From Tannerellaceae bacterium (GTDB lineage Bacteria; Bacteroidota; Bacteroidia; Bacteroidales; CAMTPD01), in assembly GCA_051656605.1 (NCBI GenBank), contig JBOGCF010000008.1:6152-70151 (forward strand): 64,000 nucleotides of DNA. Direction: 5' to 3'. The translations under genes were made by a program, and so were the position numbers. The notes under the pieces were generated by a model that searched no databases, was not told the origin of the DNA, and was given only the letters and a program-made list of their open reading frames with translations. Positions 17,556 through 28,184 of the stretch are shown in pieces. Position 1 is the first letter of the stretch, and every line of letters begins with the position of its first letter.

Positions 17556-20348
17556 TTAAAGAACGATATTCACGATCTTTTTAGGAACCACGATAATCTT
17601 CTTCGGAGTTTTACCTTCCATCCATTTTTGAGTTTGCTCGTGTGCAAGGGCAATACGCTCAACTTCATCTTTAGGAGTTTCGGCAGGAAGTTCGATATTA
17701 AAACGTACTTTACCGTTGAAAGAAATCGGATAATTTACACTATCCTCTACAAGATATGACTCGTTGCAAACAGGCCATTGTGCATTCACTACACTACCTT
17801 CGTTGCCCAAATCGTGCCACAACTCTTCGCTGATGTGCGGAGCAAACGGCGCCATCAAAATAACGAATTGTTCAAGAATTGCTTTCTTGTTACACTTCAA
17901 TGATGTAAGTTCGTTTGCACAGATCATAAATGCACTAACCGAAGTATTGAAAGAGAAGTTTTCGATATCGAAAGTAATCTTCTTAATCAATTTGTGAAGT
18001 GATTTTAGTTCATCCTTTGTCGGTTCGTCGTTTGTAACAACCATTGCATCGCCGTTAGCGTAGAACAAGTTCCAGAACTTACGCAAGAATCTGTGTACAC
18101 CGTCGATACCGTTTGTATCCCAAGGTTTAGATTGTTCAAGAGGGCCGAGGAACATTTCATAAAGACGAAGAGTATCAGCACCGTATTTCTCAACAATATC
18201 ATCTGGGTTTACAACGTTAAACATCGATTTCGACATCTTTTCAACAGCCCATCCACATACATATTTACCATCTTCAAGAATGAATTCGGCGGTTTTGTAT
18301 TCAGGATTCCAGTTCTTGAACGCTTCCGTATCCAACACGTCATTGCTCACGATGTTTACATCTACGTGGATAGGAGTAGTGTCGTACTGGTCTTTCAAGT
18401 TTAGAGATACAAACGTGTTGGTATCTTTGATACGATATACAAAGTTAGATCTACCTTGAATCATACCTTGATTGATCAACTTCTTGAAAGGTTCGTCCTC
18501 ACAAATAACGCCAAGGTCAAATAAGAATTTGTTCCAGAAGCGGCTATAAATAAGGTGACCGGTAGCATGTTCGGTACCACCGATATATAAGTCAACATTT
18601 CTCCAGTATTCGTTCGCTTGTTTGCTTACAAGTGCATCCTCGTTTGTAGGATCCATATAACGCAAGTAATAAGCTGAAGAACCCGCAAAACCAGGCATTG
18701 TACAAAGTTCCAATGGGAAACCTTCATCATTTACCCAGTTAATGGCACGACCTAGTGGCGGTTCGCCCGATTCTGTTGGTAAGAACTTATCAATACTTGG
18801 CAATTGAAGCGGAAGCTTCGACTCATCAAGCATGTAAGGCATACCCTCTTTGTAATATACAGGGAATGGTTCACCCCAGTAACGCTGGCGGCTAAAGATC
18901 GCATCACGCAAACGGAAGTTTACTTTTACACGACCGATACCCGAAGCAGCGATGTATTCTTTTGTTTTGGCAATCGCCTCTTTCACATCAAGACCATTCA
19001 AGTCTAGTGTTGCCGAAGCCGAATTAACCATAGTACCTTCTTTCGAATCGATTGATTCTTCCCAAGTTGCAGTATCTGTAGCTTCGCAACCAGCAGGAAT
19101 TACTACCTGGCGGATAGGAAGATCAAACTTACGAGCAAAAGCGAAGTCACGGCTATCGTGTGCAGGAACGGCCATGATTGCACCGGTACCGTAACCAGCC
19201 AATACATAGTCGCTAATCCAAACCGGAATAGACTCACCCGTTAGAGGGTTGATTGCGTAAGAACCCGAGAAGACACCCGATACGGCTTTCTCTGTCATAC
19301 GTTCGCGCTCTGTTTTATGTTTAGTTGCTTGGATATACTCCTCTACGGCAGCTTTTTGTTCAGCAGTAGTTAATTGTGCTACAAGTTCGCTTTCCGGAGC
19401 AAGTACCATAAAAGTTACACCAAATACAGTATCCGCACGTGTTGTAAAGATGGTAAATTCAACATCCGAATCTTTTACTTTGAAAAGCATTTCGGCACCT
19501 TCCGAACGACCAATCCAGTTTTTTTGAGTCTCCTTCAAAGAGTCTGTCCAGTCGATCGTTTCCATACCGTCTAGCAAACGTTGTGAATAAGCAGAAACAC
19601 GCAAACACCATTGGCGCATTACTTTTTGTTCAACCGGATAACCACCGCGTACTGATAAGCCCTCGCTAACTTCGTCGTTGGCAAGAACCGTCCCCAATTT
19701 AGGACACCAGTTTACCATTGTATCTCCAAGGTATGCGATGCGATAGTTCAACAACGTTTGTTGTTGTTCCTTTTCCGACATTGCTTTCCATTCGTCTGCA
19801 GTGAACGAAAGTTCCTCAGAACAAGCCGCAGTAACACCTTCTGTTCCGTTTTTCTCAAAAGCAGCAACTAGTTCGGTAATTGGTTTTGCTTTTTGAGCAG
19901 CCGTGTCGAAGTAGCTATTAAACATCTTAATGAAAGCCCACTGTGTCCATTTGTAATAATTTGGCTCACATGTGCGCACTTCTCTATCCCAGTCGTAACA
20001 GAAACCAATCTTGTCAAGCTGCTCTCTGTAACGTTCAATATTCTTTTTGGTTGTAATTTCAGGGTGTTGACCTGTTTGAATTGCATACTGTTCGGCCGGC
20101 AAACCGTATGCATCGTAGCCCATTGGGTGCAATACGTTAAAACCTTGCAGTCTTTTATATCTTGAGTAAATATCAGAAGCGATATAACCCAGTGGGTGAC
20201 CTACGTGAAGTCCTGCACCTGAAGGATAAGGGAACATATCCAATACATAAAACTTCGGTTTACTTGCATCGTCTTGCACTTTGTAGACTTTGTTGGCGTT
20301 CCAGTATTCGCGCCACTTGCCTTCGATTTCCCTGAAATTATATTCCAT
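17556..20348 (-). CDS. leuS: Leucine--tRNA ligase
   Basis: 930 aa with the class I HIGH motif ([12 protein letters not shown]), the KMSKS motif and a CP1 editing domain. Confidence 0.97.
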   Translation of the reverse strand: MEYNFREIEGKWREYWNANKVYKVQDDASKPKFYVLDMFPYPSGAGLHVGHPLGYIASDIYSRYKRLQGFNVLHPMGYDAYGLPAEQYAIQTGQHPEITTKKNIERYREQLDKIGFCYDWDREVRTCEPNYYKWTQWAFIKMFNSYFDTAAQKAKPITELVAAFEKNGTEGVTAACSEELSFTADEWKAMSEKEQQQTLLNYRIAYLGDTMVNWCPKLGTVLANDEVSEGLSVRGGYPVEQKVMRQWCLRVSAYSQRLLDGMETIDWTDSLKETQKNWIGRSEGAEMLFKVKDSDVEFTIFTTRADTVFGVTFMVLAPESELVAQLTTAEQKAAVEEYIQATKHKTERERMTEKAVSGVFSGSYAINPLTGESIPVWISDYVLAGYGTGAIMAVPAHDSRDFAFARKFDLPIRQVVIPAGCEATDTATWEESIDSKEGTMVNSASATLDLNGLDVKEAIAKTKEYIAASGIGRVKVNFRLRDAIFSRQRYWGEPFPVYYKEGMPYMLDESKLPLQLPSIDKFLPTESGEPPLGRAINWVNDEGFPLELCTMPGFAGSSAYYLRYMDPTNEDALVSKQANEYWRNVDLYIGGTEHATGHLIYSRFWNKFLFDLGVICEDEPFKKLINQGMIQGRSNFVYRIKDTNTFVSLNLKDQYDTTPIHVDVNIVSNDVLDTEAFKNWNPEYKTAEFILEDGKYVCGWAVEKMSKSMFNVVNPDDIVEKYGADTLRLYEMFLGPLEQSKPWDTNGIDGVHRFLRKFWNLFYANGDAMVVTNDEPTKDELKSLHKLIKKITFDIENFSFNTSVSAFMICANELTSLKCNKKAILEQFVILMAPFAPHISEELWHDLGNEGSVVNAQWPVCNESYLVEDSVNYPISFNGKVRFNIELPAETPKDEVERIALAHEQTQKWMEGKTPKKIIVVPKKIVNIVL

Positions 20349-20474
20349 GATTTTCTATATATGATTTATTTCAAATTATCTGAATCTATACTGCAAAAGT
20401 AAGAAAAAAACAGATTTAAATAGAAAAGTAAACTCCTTGTTATCGATTAGTTAATATGGTGCGAAATAAAGCCG

Positions 20475-20482
20475 TATCTTTG
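20475..20482 (+). promoter_or_regulatory. -7 promoter box TATCTTTG for the MATE gene
   Basis: Matches TAnnTTTG, 46 nt upstream of the ATG. Confidence 0.5.
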
Positions 20483-20527
20483 CAGACTTATTCTTCAATT
20501 TGGCTTAAATAAACAGAAATACAATTT

Positions 20528-21886
20528 ATGAGTAACACGTTTCAAAGTTATCTGCCCTTTTACAAGCGAAATCTAAAAATAGCGGTTCCGATTATGTTGT
20601 CACAATTGGGACAAGGAGTTGTAGTTTTGTTCGACAACATCATGGTAGGTCAGCTCGGTACAAACGAATTGGCCGCTGTATCTTTTGCTAATTCTATTGT
20701 TGTGTTAGCACTGGTTTTTATCACAGGAGTTTCCTTCGGAGCAACACCACTAATCGGCCAGTCGTATGCGATGAAGCAATTTCGTAAGGTTGGTGAGTTC
20801 TTACAAAATTCAACACTATTCATAACGATTCTAGGACTTGCGTTGGTTGCACTATTCCTGGTTTTGACCTGCTTCATGGATCGAATGGGACAAACCCCCG
20901 AGGTGAGTTCTTTGGCATTAGACTACACACGTATTGTGATCTTATCCCTTATTCCTTTTTTATTCTTTTGCATCTTAAAGCAATTTATGGAAGGAGTAGG
21001 AAACACACGTATAGCGATGAATATTACAATCATCGCCAATGTTATTAACATCGTATTCAACTATCTGTTGATTTACGGAAAGTTTGGTTTTCCTTTTATG
21101 GGCGTAGCCGGAGCAGGTGTCGCAACCTTGATTTCCCGTATTCTCATGCCTATCTTATTCATGATGGCTATTTGGCGCAACACACACTTCAAGCGTTACT
21201 TCTATTTTTTCAGTATGAAAAGATTCAATAAGCAAAGTGTATCTGAACTTGTGCGCATAGGCTTTCCTATCGGCGGACAAATGTTGATCGAAGTATCGGC
21301 CTTTGCCTTCTCGTCTATTATGATGGGATGGATGGGAGCAGTTGCTTTGGCTTCGCATCAGGTTGCCCTCAATATATCTCACCTTACCTTTATGGCTGTA
21401 GTCGGCATTGCTTCGGCAACCACGATTCGCGTAAGCCATCAATTGGGCGAGCGCAATCCGGTCGGACTGCGCAAGGCAGGTATTGCATCCTTGCATCTCG
21501 GGTTGCTGACCAACTTCATCACCGCCGTTGTGCTTATTCTTTGTCGTAAGTACATTGCGATGGCCTTTTCAGAAGATCCGCAAGTAATTGAGCTGGCAAG
21601 TATGCTTATTATCCTAGCCGGAATATTCCAGTTTTCGGATGGATTGCAAGTTGTTTCATTGGGAGCATTGCGCGGTTTGCACGATGTAAAAAAACCAATG
21701 TATTACGCTTTTATCTCCTATTTGGTGATCAATCTTCCTGTCGGATATCTGTTGGCATTTAAATTAGGCTTTGGACCAGCCGGCATTTGGTGCGGATTTA
21801 TATTCGGTTTGAGTGTCGCGGCAGTTTTATATCTACGCCGATTCAATCTCTTCTCAAACCGGTTGATACAAAACGGAGTCAAATAA
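20528..21886 (+). CDS. MATE-family multidrug/toxin efflux transporter
   Basis: 452 aa with 12 predicted TM segments and NorM-like N-terminal and C-terminal halves. Confidence 0.9.
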   Translation: MSNTFQSYLPFYKRNLKIAVPIMLSQLGQGVVVLFDNIMVGQLGTNELAAVSFANSIVVLALVFITGVSFGATPLIGQSYAMKQFRKVGEFLQNSTLFITILGLALVALFLVLTCFMDRMGQTPEVSSLALDYTRIVILSLIPFLFFCILKQFMEGVGNTRIAMNITIIANVINIVFNYLLIYGKFGFPFMGVAGAGVATLISRILMPILFMMAIWRNTHFKRYFYFFSMKRFNKQSVSELVRIGFPIGGQMLIEVSAFAFSSIMMGWMGAVALASHQVALNISHLTFMAVVGIASATTIRVSHQLGERNPVGLRKAGIASLHLGLLTNFITAVVLILCRKYIAMAFSEDPQVIELASMLIILAGIFQFSDGLQVVSLGALRGLHDVKKPMYYAFISYLVINLPVGYLLAFKLGFGPAGIWCGFIFGLSVAAVLYLRRFNLFSNRLIQNGVK

Positions 21887-21905
21887 GAAGTATAACATAC
21901 TCATT

Positions 21906-21964
21906 TATAAAGCCAAAATAAATTCATGAAAGTATTGCATGTTTTTATTTTGGCTTTATATTTG
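21906..21964 (+). terminator. Intrinsic terminator after the MATE gene
   Basis: tataaagccaaaataaa (21906-21922) pairs with tttattttggctttata (21944-21960). Confidence 0.7.
21957..21964 (+). promoter_or_regulatory. -7 promoter box TATATTTG for the 217-aa OMP gene
   Basis: Matches TAnnTTTG, 59 nt upstream of the ATG at 22023. Confidence 0.45.
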
Positions 21965-22022
21965 CAATAGAGTCTATGATAGTCTCGTATCTGTAAAACC
22001 ATGAAATAGAATCAATAAACAC

Positions 22023-22676
22023 ATGAAAAGACTAATTGTATTGATATTCCTGCTTATTTCGTTTTCAGTGAGCACATCTTTCGCACAAGACAAACGATTT
22101 GGACTAGACGTAGAAGTAGGTTATTCCGAATCGTTATCGTCAAATTATGATTCCTATGAAGTCTTTGTATCGCCCGGTATTCATTTTGGCGAAAAGTTTT
22201 TCGGAGGTATTGGTTTGGGATACAAACGAATGATGAATAGACATGAAATCTCACTCTCCGGCATTTATTTACCTGCAGGTGATTTAGATAATACGCCTTT
22301 CTTTATTCACGCTAAAGTTTCTCCGTATCGTTTTGGTAAATTACAAACATTCGCTTCTTTAAAAGCAGGTTACGGATATATCTCCAATACCTATACATCA
22401 TGGGGTTTCGGTAATTACGATGATGGTTACGGCGGCGCATCAAACCAGAATCGGGATAAGAACGAAAAGAAGATTAGAGGAGGACTATTCTTGTCTCCTG
22501 CAATCGGAGTATCCTATTCATTTGGTCGCTTCAGCACCTTTTCATTATCTATAGCTTATGATTTACAAAACTATGTGATAAAATGGAAGCATGTAAATAA
22601 CAATATCATCACATATTCAGATAAACAAAATGAATCCAATTCGGCGATTGCTTTACGGTTAGGTTGGGGGTTCTAG
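22023..22676 (+). CDS. Small outer-membrane beta-barrel protein (OmpW/porin-like, uncharacterised)
   Basis: 217 aa with signal peptide ...STSFAQ, alternating beta-strand patterns and a C-terminal ...LRLGWGF. Confidence 0.5.
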   Translation: MKRLIVLIFLLISFSVSTSFAQDKRFGLDVEVGYSESLSSNYDSYEVFVSPGIHFGEKFFGGIGLGYKRMMNRHEISLSGIYLPAGDLDNTPFFIHAKVSPYRFGKLQTFASLKAGYGYISNTYTSWGFGNYDDGYGGASNQNRDKNEKKIRGGLFLSPAIGVSYSFGRFSTFSLSIAYDLQNYVIKWKHVNNNIITYSDKQNESNSAIALRLGWGF

Positions 22677-22692
22677 CAGATCAATAAAAGCG

Positions 22693-22733
22693 AAAACGGG
22701 GCAGTATCGTAGCGATGCTGTCCCGTTTTTGTT
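22693..22733. terminator. Bidirectional terminator between convergent genes
   Basis: aaaacggggcag (22693-22704) pairs with ctgtcccgtttt (22718-22729), with an A-run before and a T-run after. Confidence 0.7.
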
Positions 22734-23485
22734 TAATTTTCCCGGCCGCGATAGAGCTCGCTTTTGATGGGATAACTTTGTAAAATCAGTTCGAACGTAA
22801 ATAAAACTACCGAGATATTAAACGCTGTCATCATGTTGGCTTCACCTGTGTATAACTCGTAAGCAACCAAACTAATCAGATAAAACTTAAACAAGATGCG
22901 ATTGGCCGCTGATACCTTCTTTAGCCAGTTGTCTTTTTGCACATCTACCAGATGAATGTCGTAACCTTCCCACCACAGCGCGTTGAGAATGTTGGCAGTA
23001 GCATCACTGTCGGGCGGAAGCATAAACATCGTTTCCTTTAGCTTTTCATCTTGTTTGTAGGTAATAAACATTCGGTCGAAAGTATCTACCCGGATGGATA
23101 CGATATCTTTCTTCATAATGTTCCACGTTTGTTCGATGCGTATTACAAACTTAAACAGATAATACAGCAAGGCAGCCAGTGCAACGAGGCTCAGTGTCGA
23201 AGTGAGCGGATCTTCAATAGCAAAAAAGATAGCGAACGAGACAAATAAAATAGGTATCGAGGAGCTTACCAAAGCAATCTCACGGATGGCTTTTCTTCGT
23301 TCTATAGACTTCGCTTCTTCCTTTAATCTGCTAAAATCGGAGTGTTTGGTGATAAAAATAGAGTCACTTAGCAGATGAATGAATTGTTTCTTTCCTTTGT
23401 ACGTTGCATTCATATCTCGTGGCTTTAAAATAATTGTTTCCCAATGTATTGAATTATTGATAAAAAACATCAAACCTGCCTGCAA
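22733..23485 (-). CDS. Hypothetical membrane protein
   Basis: 250-aa ORF, though the true start may be M25 at 23413. It has four hydrophobic segments and no family I recognise. Confidence 0.4.
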   Translation of the reverse strand: MQAGLMFFINNSIHWETIILKPRDMNATYKGKKQFIHLLSDSIFITKHSDFSRLKEEAKSIERRKAIREIALVSSSIPILFVSFAIFFAIEDPLTSTLSLVALAALLYYLFKFVIRIEQTWNIMKKDIVSIRVDTFDRMFITYKQDEKLKETMFMLPPDSDATANILNALWWEGYDIHLVDVQKDNWLKKVSAANRILFKFYLISLVAYELYTGEANMMTAFNISVVLFTFELILQSYPIKSELYRGREN

Positions 23486-23553
23486 TTTTTTTGTTCACTG
23501 CATAATAAGCTATACTTTTATCTCTCAAATGTAAACGAAAATACACAAGCAAG

Positions 23554-26184
23554 GTGGCTAAACAAGTTGTTGAAACGCCTCTGATGAGGCAATACTTTGA
23601 AATAAAATCGAAACATCCCGACGCGATTCTGCTGTTTAGGGTGGGCGACTTTTACGAAACATTTTCGGATGATGCGGTTGCCGCTGCCGAGATATTGGGA
23701 ATTACACTAACCAAACGTGCCAATGGTGCGGCCCAATATGTAGAGCTAGCCGGTTTTCCTCACCATGCTTTGGATACCTACCTTCCAAAGTTGGTACGAG
23801 CAGGCAAGCGTGTAGCGATTTGCGATCAACTCGAAGACCCGAAGCAAACCAAGAAACTTGTAAAACGAGGCATTACGGAATTGGTAACGCCCGGCGTTTC
23901 GATCAACGACAATGTACTTAATCACAAAGAAAACAACTTCCTTGCGGCCGTACATTTCAAAAAGGATACCAACGGTATCGCATTTCTCGATATCTCTACG
24001 GGCGAGTTTCTTACAGCCGAAGGGACCATCGACTATATCGACAAACTTCTCAACAACTTCTCTCCGAAGGAAGTACTGATCGAAAGAAACAACCGCAAGC
24101 AATTTGAAGAATGTTTCGGTTCGCGCTATTTTACCTTCGAGCTCGACGACTGGATCTTTACCACCGAAGCAGCAAACGATCGTTTGTTGAAGCATTTTGA
24201 GACCAAGAATCTCAAAGGATTCGGAGTACAACACCTCAAGAACGGCGTGATCGCGTCGGGTGCAATCTTGCACTACATGGACGCGACTCAACATAATCAA
24301 CTCTCACACATCACGTGTTTGTCGCGCATCGAAGAAGACCGCTACGTAAGACTCGATAAGTTTACCGTGCGCAGTCTCGAACTCATCTCCACGATGAACG
24401 AGGGCGGTACGTCGCTACTCAACATCCTCGACCGCACTGTGTCGCCGATGGGTTCTCGTTTGATGCGTCGTTGGTTGGTATTTCCATTGAAAGATGTGAA
24501 TCCGATTCGCGAGCGTCAGGCTGTGGTAGAACACTTCTTTCGCAAACCGGAATTAAAGCGCGTACTCGACGAACAGCTTTCGCTGATTGGCGATCTGGAG
24601 CGTATCATTTCCAAAGTAGCCGTAGGACGTGTTTCGCCGCGCGAAGTAGTGCAATTGAAGGTTGCGTTGAACGCGATCGAACCGGTACGTCACTTATGTA
24701 TCGAGTCGGACCAACCGGCCTTGCAACGTATTGGAGAGCAGCTCAATCCTTGCTTGTTGATCCGCGAACGCATCGAGCGTGAGGTAAACAACGATCCGCC
24801 TACATTGATTAATCGTGGGGGCGTAATCCGCGCGGGCGTAAACGAACAACTCGACAAGTTGCGTGAAATTGCCTATTCGGGCAAAGACTACTTGTTGCAA
24901 TTGCAGCAACGCGAGTCGGAAAAAACAGGAATCCCAAGCTTGAAGATTGCCTTCAACAACGTGTTTGGTTACTACATCGAAGTGCGCAACACGCACAAAG
25001 ACAAAGTGCCGGCCGAATGGATCAGAAAGCAAACCCTGGTGAATGCCGAACGCTACATTACACAAGAACTAAAAGAATACGAAGAGCAAATCTTGGGAGC
25101 AGAAGAGAAAATTCTTTCGCTCGAAACCTCGATTTTCAACGAACTTGTCATGGGATTGATGGACTACATCGCATCGATTCAGACCAATGCTTCCTTGATT
25201 GCTCAGCTCGACTGCTTGCTTTCATTCGCAAAGATTGCAGCCGAAAACAAATACATCTGCCCGGTTGTAGACGATAGCGACGCGCTCGATATCAAAGAAG
25301 GCCGTCACCCAGTGATTGAAAAGCAATTGCCTGTAGGCGAACCTTACATCACGAACGACGTATATCTCGACAACGAATCGCAGCAAATCATCATCATTAC
25401 CGGGCCCAACATGGCGGGTAAGTCGGCACTATTACGCCAGACGGCGCTGATTACGCTGATGGCTCAAATCGGTTCGTTCGTACCGGCGGCAAGCGCAACA
25501 ATAGGCATTGTGGATAAGATCTTTACACGTGTAGGAGCGTCTGACAATATCTCGATGGGCGAATCTACCTTCATGGTCGAGATGAACGAGGCTGCCGACA
25601 TCCTAAACAACCTTTCGTCAAAGAGCTTGGTACTTTTCGACGAACTGGGACGCGGTACGAGTACCTACGACGGTATCTCGATCGCATGGGCCATTGTCGA
25701 GTACATTCACGAGCATCGCAAGTCACGCGCCAAGACTCTCTTTGCGACGCACTACCACGAACTCAACGAGATGGAAAGCAGTTTCGCGCGTATCAAAAAC
25801 TACAACGTCTCGGTGAAAGAGGTGAATAACAAGGTGATTTTCCTGCGTAAGCTCGTTAGGGGTGGCAGCGAACACAGCTTTGGTATCCACGTAGCCAAAA
25901 TGGCCGGCATGCCGCAAAGTATCGTGAAACGTGCCGACGAGATACTAAAGATTCTTGAAACGGAAAACCGCAAAGGAACAGCAGCAACCAAGAGTGAGAA
26001 GAAGATCAAAGCAAAACCGTCGGTACAGCAACAAGACGGCATGCAGCTCAACTTCTTCCAACTCGACGATCCTATTCTTTCGCAAGTACGCGACGAGATA
26101 ATGAACCTCGATATCAATAACCTGACTCCGGTAGAAGCGTTGAACAAACTCAACGACATCAAGAAGATCGTAAAAGGAAAGTAA
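23554..26184 (+). CDS. mutS: DNA mismatch repair protein MutS
   Basis: 876 aa, starting at a GTG. It has the N-terminal TPLMRQY...FRVGDFYE mismatch-binding motif, Walker A GPNMAGKS and STFMVEM. Confidence 0.95.
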   Translation: MAKQVVETPLMRQYFEIKSKHPDAILLFRVGDFYETFSDDAVAAAEILGITLTKRANGAAQYVELAGFPHHALDTYLPKLVRAGKRVAICDQLEDPKQTKKLVKRGITELVTPGVSINDNVLNHKENNFLAAVHFKKDTNGIAFLDISTGEFLTAEGTIDYIDKLLNNFSPKEVLIERNNRKQFEECFGSRYFTFELDDWIFTTEAANDRLLKHFETKNLKGFGVQHLKNGVIASGAILHYMDATQHNQLSHITCLSRIEEDRYVRLDKFTVRSLELISTMNEGGTSLLNILDRTVSPMGSRLMRRWLVFPLKDVNPIRERQAVVEHFFRKPELKRVLDEQLSLIGDLERIISKVAVGRVSPREVVQLKVALNAIEPVRHLCIESDQPALQRIGEQLNPCLLIRERIEREVNNDPPTLINRGGVIRAGVNEQLDKLREIAYSGKDYLLQLQQRESEKTGIPSLKIAFNNVFGYYIEVRNTHKDKVPAEWIRKQTLVNAERYITQELKEYEEQILGAEEKILSLETSIFNELVMGLMDYIASIQTNASLIAQLDCLLSFAKIAAENKYICPVVDDSDALDIKEGRHPVIEKQLPVGEPYITNDVYLDNESQQIIIITGPNMAGKSALLRQTALITLMAQIGSFVPAASATIGIVDKIFTRVGASDNISMGESTFMVEMNEAADILNNLSSKSLVLFDELGRGTSTYDGISIAWAIVEYIHEHRKSRAKTLFATHYHELNEMESSFARIKNYNVSVKEVNNKVIFLRKLVRGGSEHSFGIHVAKMAGMPQSIVKRADEILKILETENRKGTAATKSEKKIKAKPSVQQQDGMQLNFFQLDDPILSQVRDEIMNLDINNLTPVEALNKLNDIKKIVKGK

Positions 26185-26248
26185 AAACGGTTTTGCCGCA
26201 AACGTTACCCCATAAAGGGTACTTTGCAATAAACCCTTCAAATACACT

Positions 26249-26286
26249 AAGGGGACGTAGCATAAAAACTGCGTCCCCTTTTTTGC
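26249..26286 (+). terminator. Intrinsic terminator after mutS
   Basis: aaggggacg (26249-26257) pairs with cgtcccctt (26272-26280), followed by TTTTTG. Confidence 0.8.
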
Positions 26287-26453
26287 GTCTTCATGTAAGC
26301 TAAAAAGGGATATATTTTGTGCTAGATGGATGATTTTGCTCGAATTTTCACCTTCGGAAAACGACCTTTTCAAATGAATGCAATGTGCTCACTGCGGTGC
26401 TGATTGTTGGTTTTTATGCAGCATAAGGGAAGTTATCACCATATGGAGGGGGA

Positions 26454-26673
26454 TGTTGTTGAAAAACCATGCAAGGTTCTTGAAAAAAGGTCGTTTACTT
26501 CTTTTGGAAAGCAAGTTAGGTTCTTGGGAAAACCAAATAAAGTTCTTGTGAAGAGTAAAAAAAGTCTTCGAGAAGAGTTGCAAAGATCTCTATGAAGACT
26601 TATTTATGTTTCCACGAAGACTTTTTTGCGTTATAGTGAAGAGTGAAAAACGTTTTCATTGAAAACTGTTTTC
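26454..26673. repeat. Degenerate tandem array of about ten 22-bp units
   Basis: GTTCTTG/GTCTTCG occur at 26476, 26520, 26542 and 26564 (spacings 44, 22, 22). Inverted GAAGAC/GAAGAG occur at 26594, 26616 and 26638 (spacing 22). Confidence 0.7.
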
Positions 26674-26712
26674 ACTCACGCTGCGTCGCTGTTTTACGCA
26701 CTGTGCGTGGCG
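26652..26712. repeat. REP-like palindromic units related to those at 42.6 kb
   Basis: tcacgctgcgt (26676-26686) is identical to 42644-42654. The palindrome acgca-ctg-tgcgt (26696-26708) parallels tcacgca-tgg-tgcgtga at 42598-42614. Confidence 0.7.
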
Positions 26713-27120
26713 GTTGGGTTGTTCGCAAAAACCAATTGCGTCAACTTGGCGAGACTGAATTGTGGTAGCCCGAAGTAGGAGAGTTGTGCTCCCAATGCAA
26801 GGAGAGCGAGTTGGGCAAAACAAAAAGAAAGGACTTCGAAGGTAAGGAAGTAAATGTGTAAGCATGCCGGGCACATGCTTGTAGAGAAGAAGAACCGTTG
26901 GTAAGAGACGAGGTGTTTTTTCTTACGATTATCTACTTTCGTTTGGGTGGTTATTTATAGGCATCTAGCTCGAAAACGATCGTTTTTACCGTACACGTAG
27001 CATCACGTCTTTGTAGAGCCTTTGTTTGGGAATAAATGGAAAACTACAATAAGCCTTGTTGGCAGGGAGTTTTAGATATGCGAAGAAAGGGGGATGTATT
27101 TGTGGTTGCAAGTACAACAG

Positions 27121-27152
27121 AAAAGGCTCCCGGCATTCACCGGAAGCCTTTG
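27121..27152 (-). terminator. Terminator after the SPFH two-gene unit
   Basis: aaggctcccgg pairs with ccggaagcctt (one mismatch). On the minus strand it is followed by TTTTCTGTT. Confidence 0.6.
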
Positions 27153-27154
27153 AG

Positions 27155-27349
27155 TTATTTTACAGTTCCTGCTTTGTAGCCTTCACGGAAGCCGTGTATA
27201 AAGTCGTTTATAAAGTTTGGATCGGTTAGTTCTATAATGATCGTTATCACGGCAGAAGTAATCAAAATGAGTTTGATGACCTTTTTAAAGTCTATTTCTC
27301 CGGCATCGTTGTACCACAAACGATCTATACGTGATTGTTCCTTCATCAT
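27155..27349 (-). CDS. Small single-TM protein downstream of the SPFH gene
   Basis: I trim the 90-aa track ORF to the ATG at 27349 (MMKEQSRIDRLWYND...), which does not overlap the SPFH gene. This gives 64 aa with one hydrophobic helix (LILITSAVITIII). Confidence 0.4.
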   Translation of the reverse strand: MMKEQSRIDRLWYNDAGEIDFKKVIKLILITSAVITIIIELTDPNFINDFIHGFREGYKAGTVK

Positions 27350-27360
27350 AATCTTTAGAT

Positions 27361-28167
27361 TTATTTCTGCAAGTTGATAAATGGCATCGCACCGTTGCCG
27401 GTAGAAAGAGGCATCTTGCCGTCCCACTTTTCGATGGCTTTGAGTTGGATCAATGCCGGTGTGATCGACTCTTGCATGATGCGGTTGGCATCTGCTTTCC
27501 CTTTGGCTGTGGCTACTTCTTTCTCAGCTTCTGCAATGGCAGCTTTCTTTTCGTTCTCAACTTTCAAGGCGTTCTGAACGGCGGTATTCTTTGCGTCGAT
27601 CGCGGCTTGCAGTACTTCGTTTGGTTTTACCGACGACTGGATGTTGGTAAACGTAAAGCCTCGTTTGCTCATGCGCTCTTTCAGCAATTCTTCTACTTCT
27701 TTCTCGAAGGCCGGACGATTGTTGATCAGCGAATCGGTATCGTATACTCCGGCAATGTCTTTATAGGCATTCTTTACCTCGGTAAGGATTACCGTGTTTT
27801 CAAGTTCCTTGGTCGTCTTGCGATACTTTAGGAAGACCACTTTGGCATTGTCGCGTTCGATGTAATATTCGATGGTAGGATCGGTTTTGAAGATCGTACC
27901 TTTCTTGTCTTGAATGTCGAATGGTTCGTAATCGACGATCTGCGCAAAGGCAGGGTATTCAAACAGTTGCTTCATAAAGCGGTTGTATACCACCCAACCT
28001 GTTTTTACTTCCGCGTCGTCGACACCACGGTCGCTTCCGGCAAGGTTTACGATAACTCCGGTTTGTCCCGAGTCGATTCTGTCGATGGCCATCATAGAGA
28101 ATACAGCCATGGCGATACCAATGATGATTACAAGGAATGCAATCAATTTTACGGATAGTTGTTTCAT
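27361..28167 (-). CDS. SPFH/band-7 (prohibitin-family) membrane protein
   Basis: 268 aa with an N-terminal TM anchor, an SPFH core, and a coiled-coil A/E/K-rich tail (NEKKAAIAEAEKEVATAKGKADAN). Confidence 0.85.
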   Translation of the reverse strand: MKQLSVKLIAFLVIIIGIAMAVFSMMAIDRIDSGQTGVIVNLAGSDRGVDDAEVKTGWVVYNRFMKQLFEYPAFAQIVDYEPFDIQDKKGTIFKTDPTIEYYIERDNAKVVFLKYRKTTKELENTVILTEVKNAYKDIAGVYDTDSLINNRPAFEKEVEELLKERMSKRGFTFTNIQSSVKPNEVLQAAIDAKNTAVQNALKVENEKKAAIAEAEKEVATAKGKADANRIMQESITPALIQLKAIEKWDGKMPLSTGNGAMPFINLQK

Positions 28168-28184
28168 CTTATTGCTTTTAGTGT

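Noticed and set aside
26389-26876. Four short ORFs (60-72 aa) in the mutS-SPFH gap, considered as possible small proteins or a toxin-antitoxin pair.
   Set aside because: They overlap one another on opposite strands. Their composition follows the underlying DNA repeats (KVL.. reiterations). They have no recognisable motif, no Bacteroidetes promoter box in a suitable position and no paired architecture.
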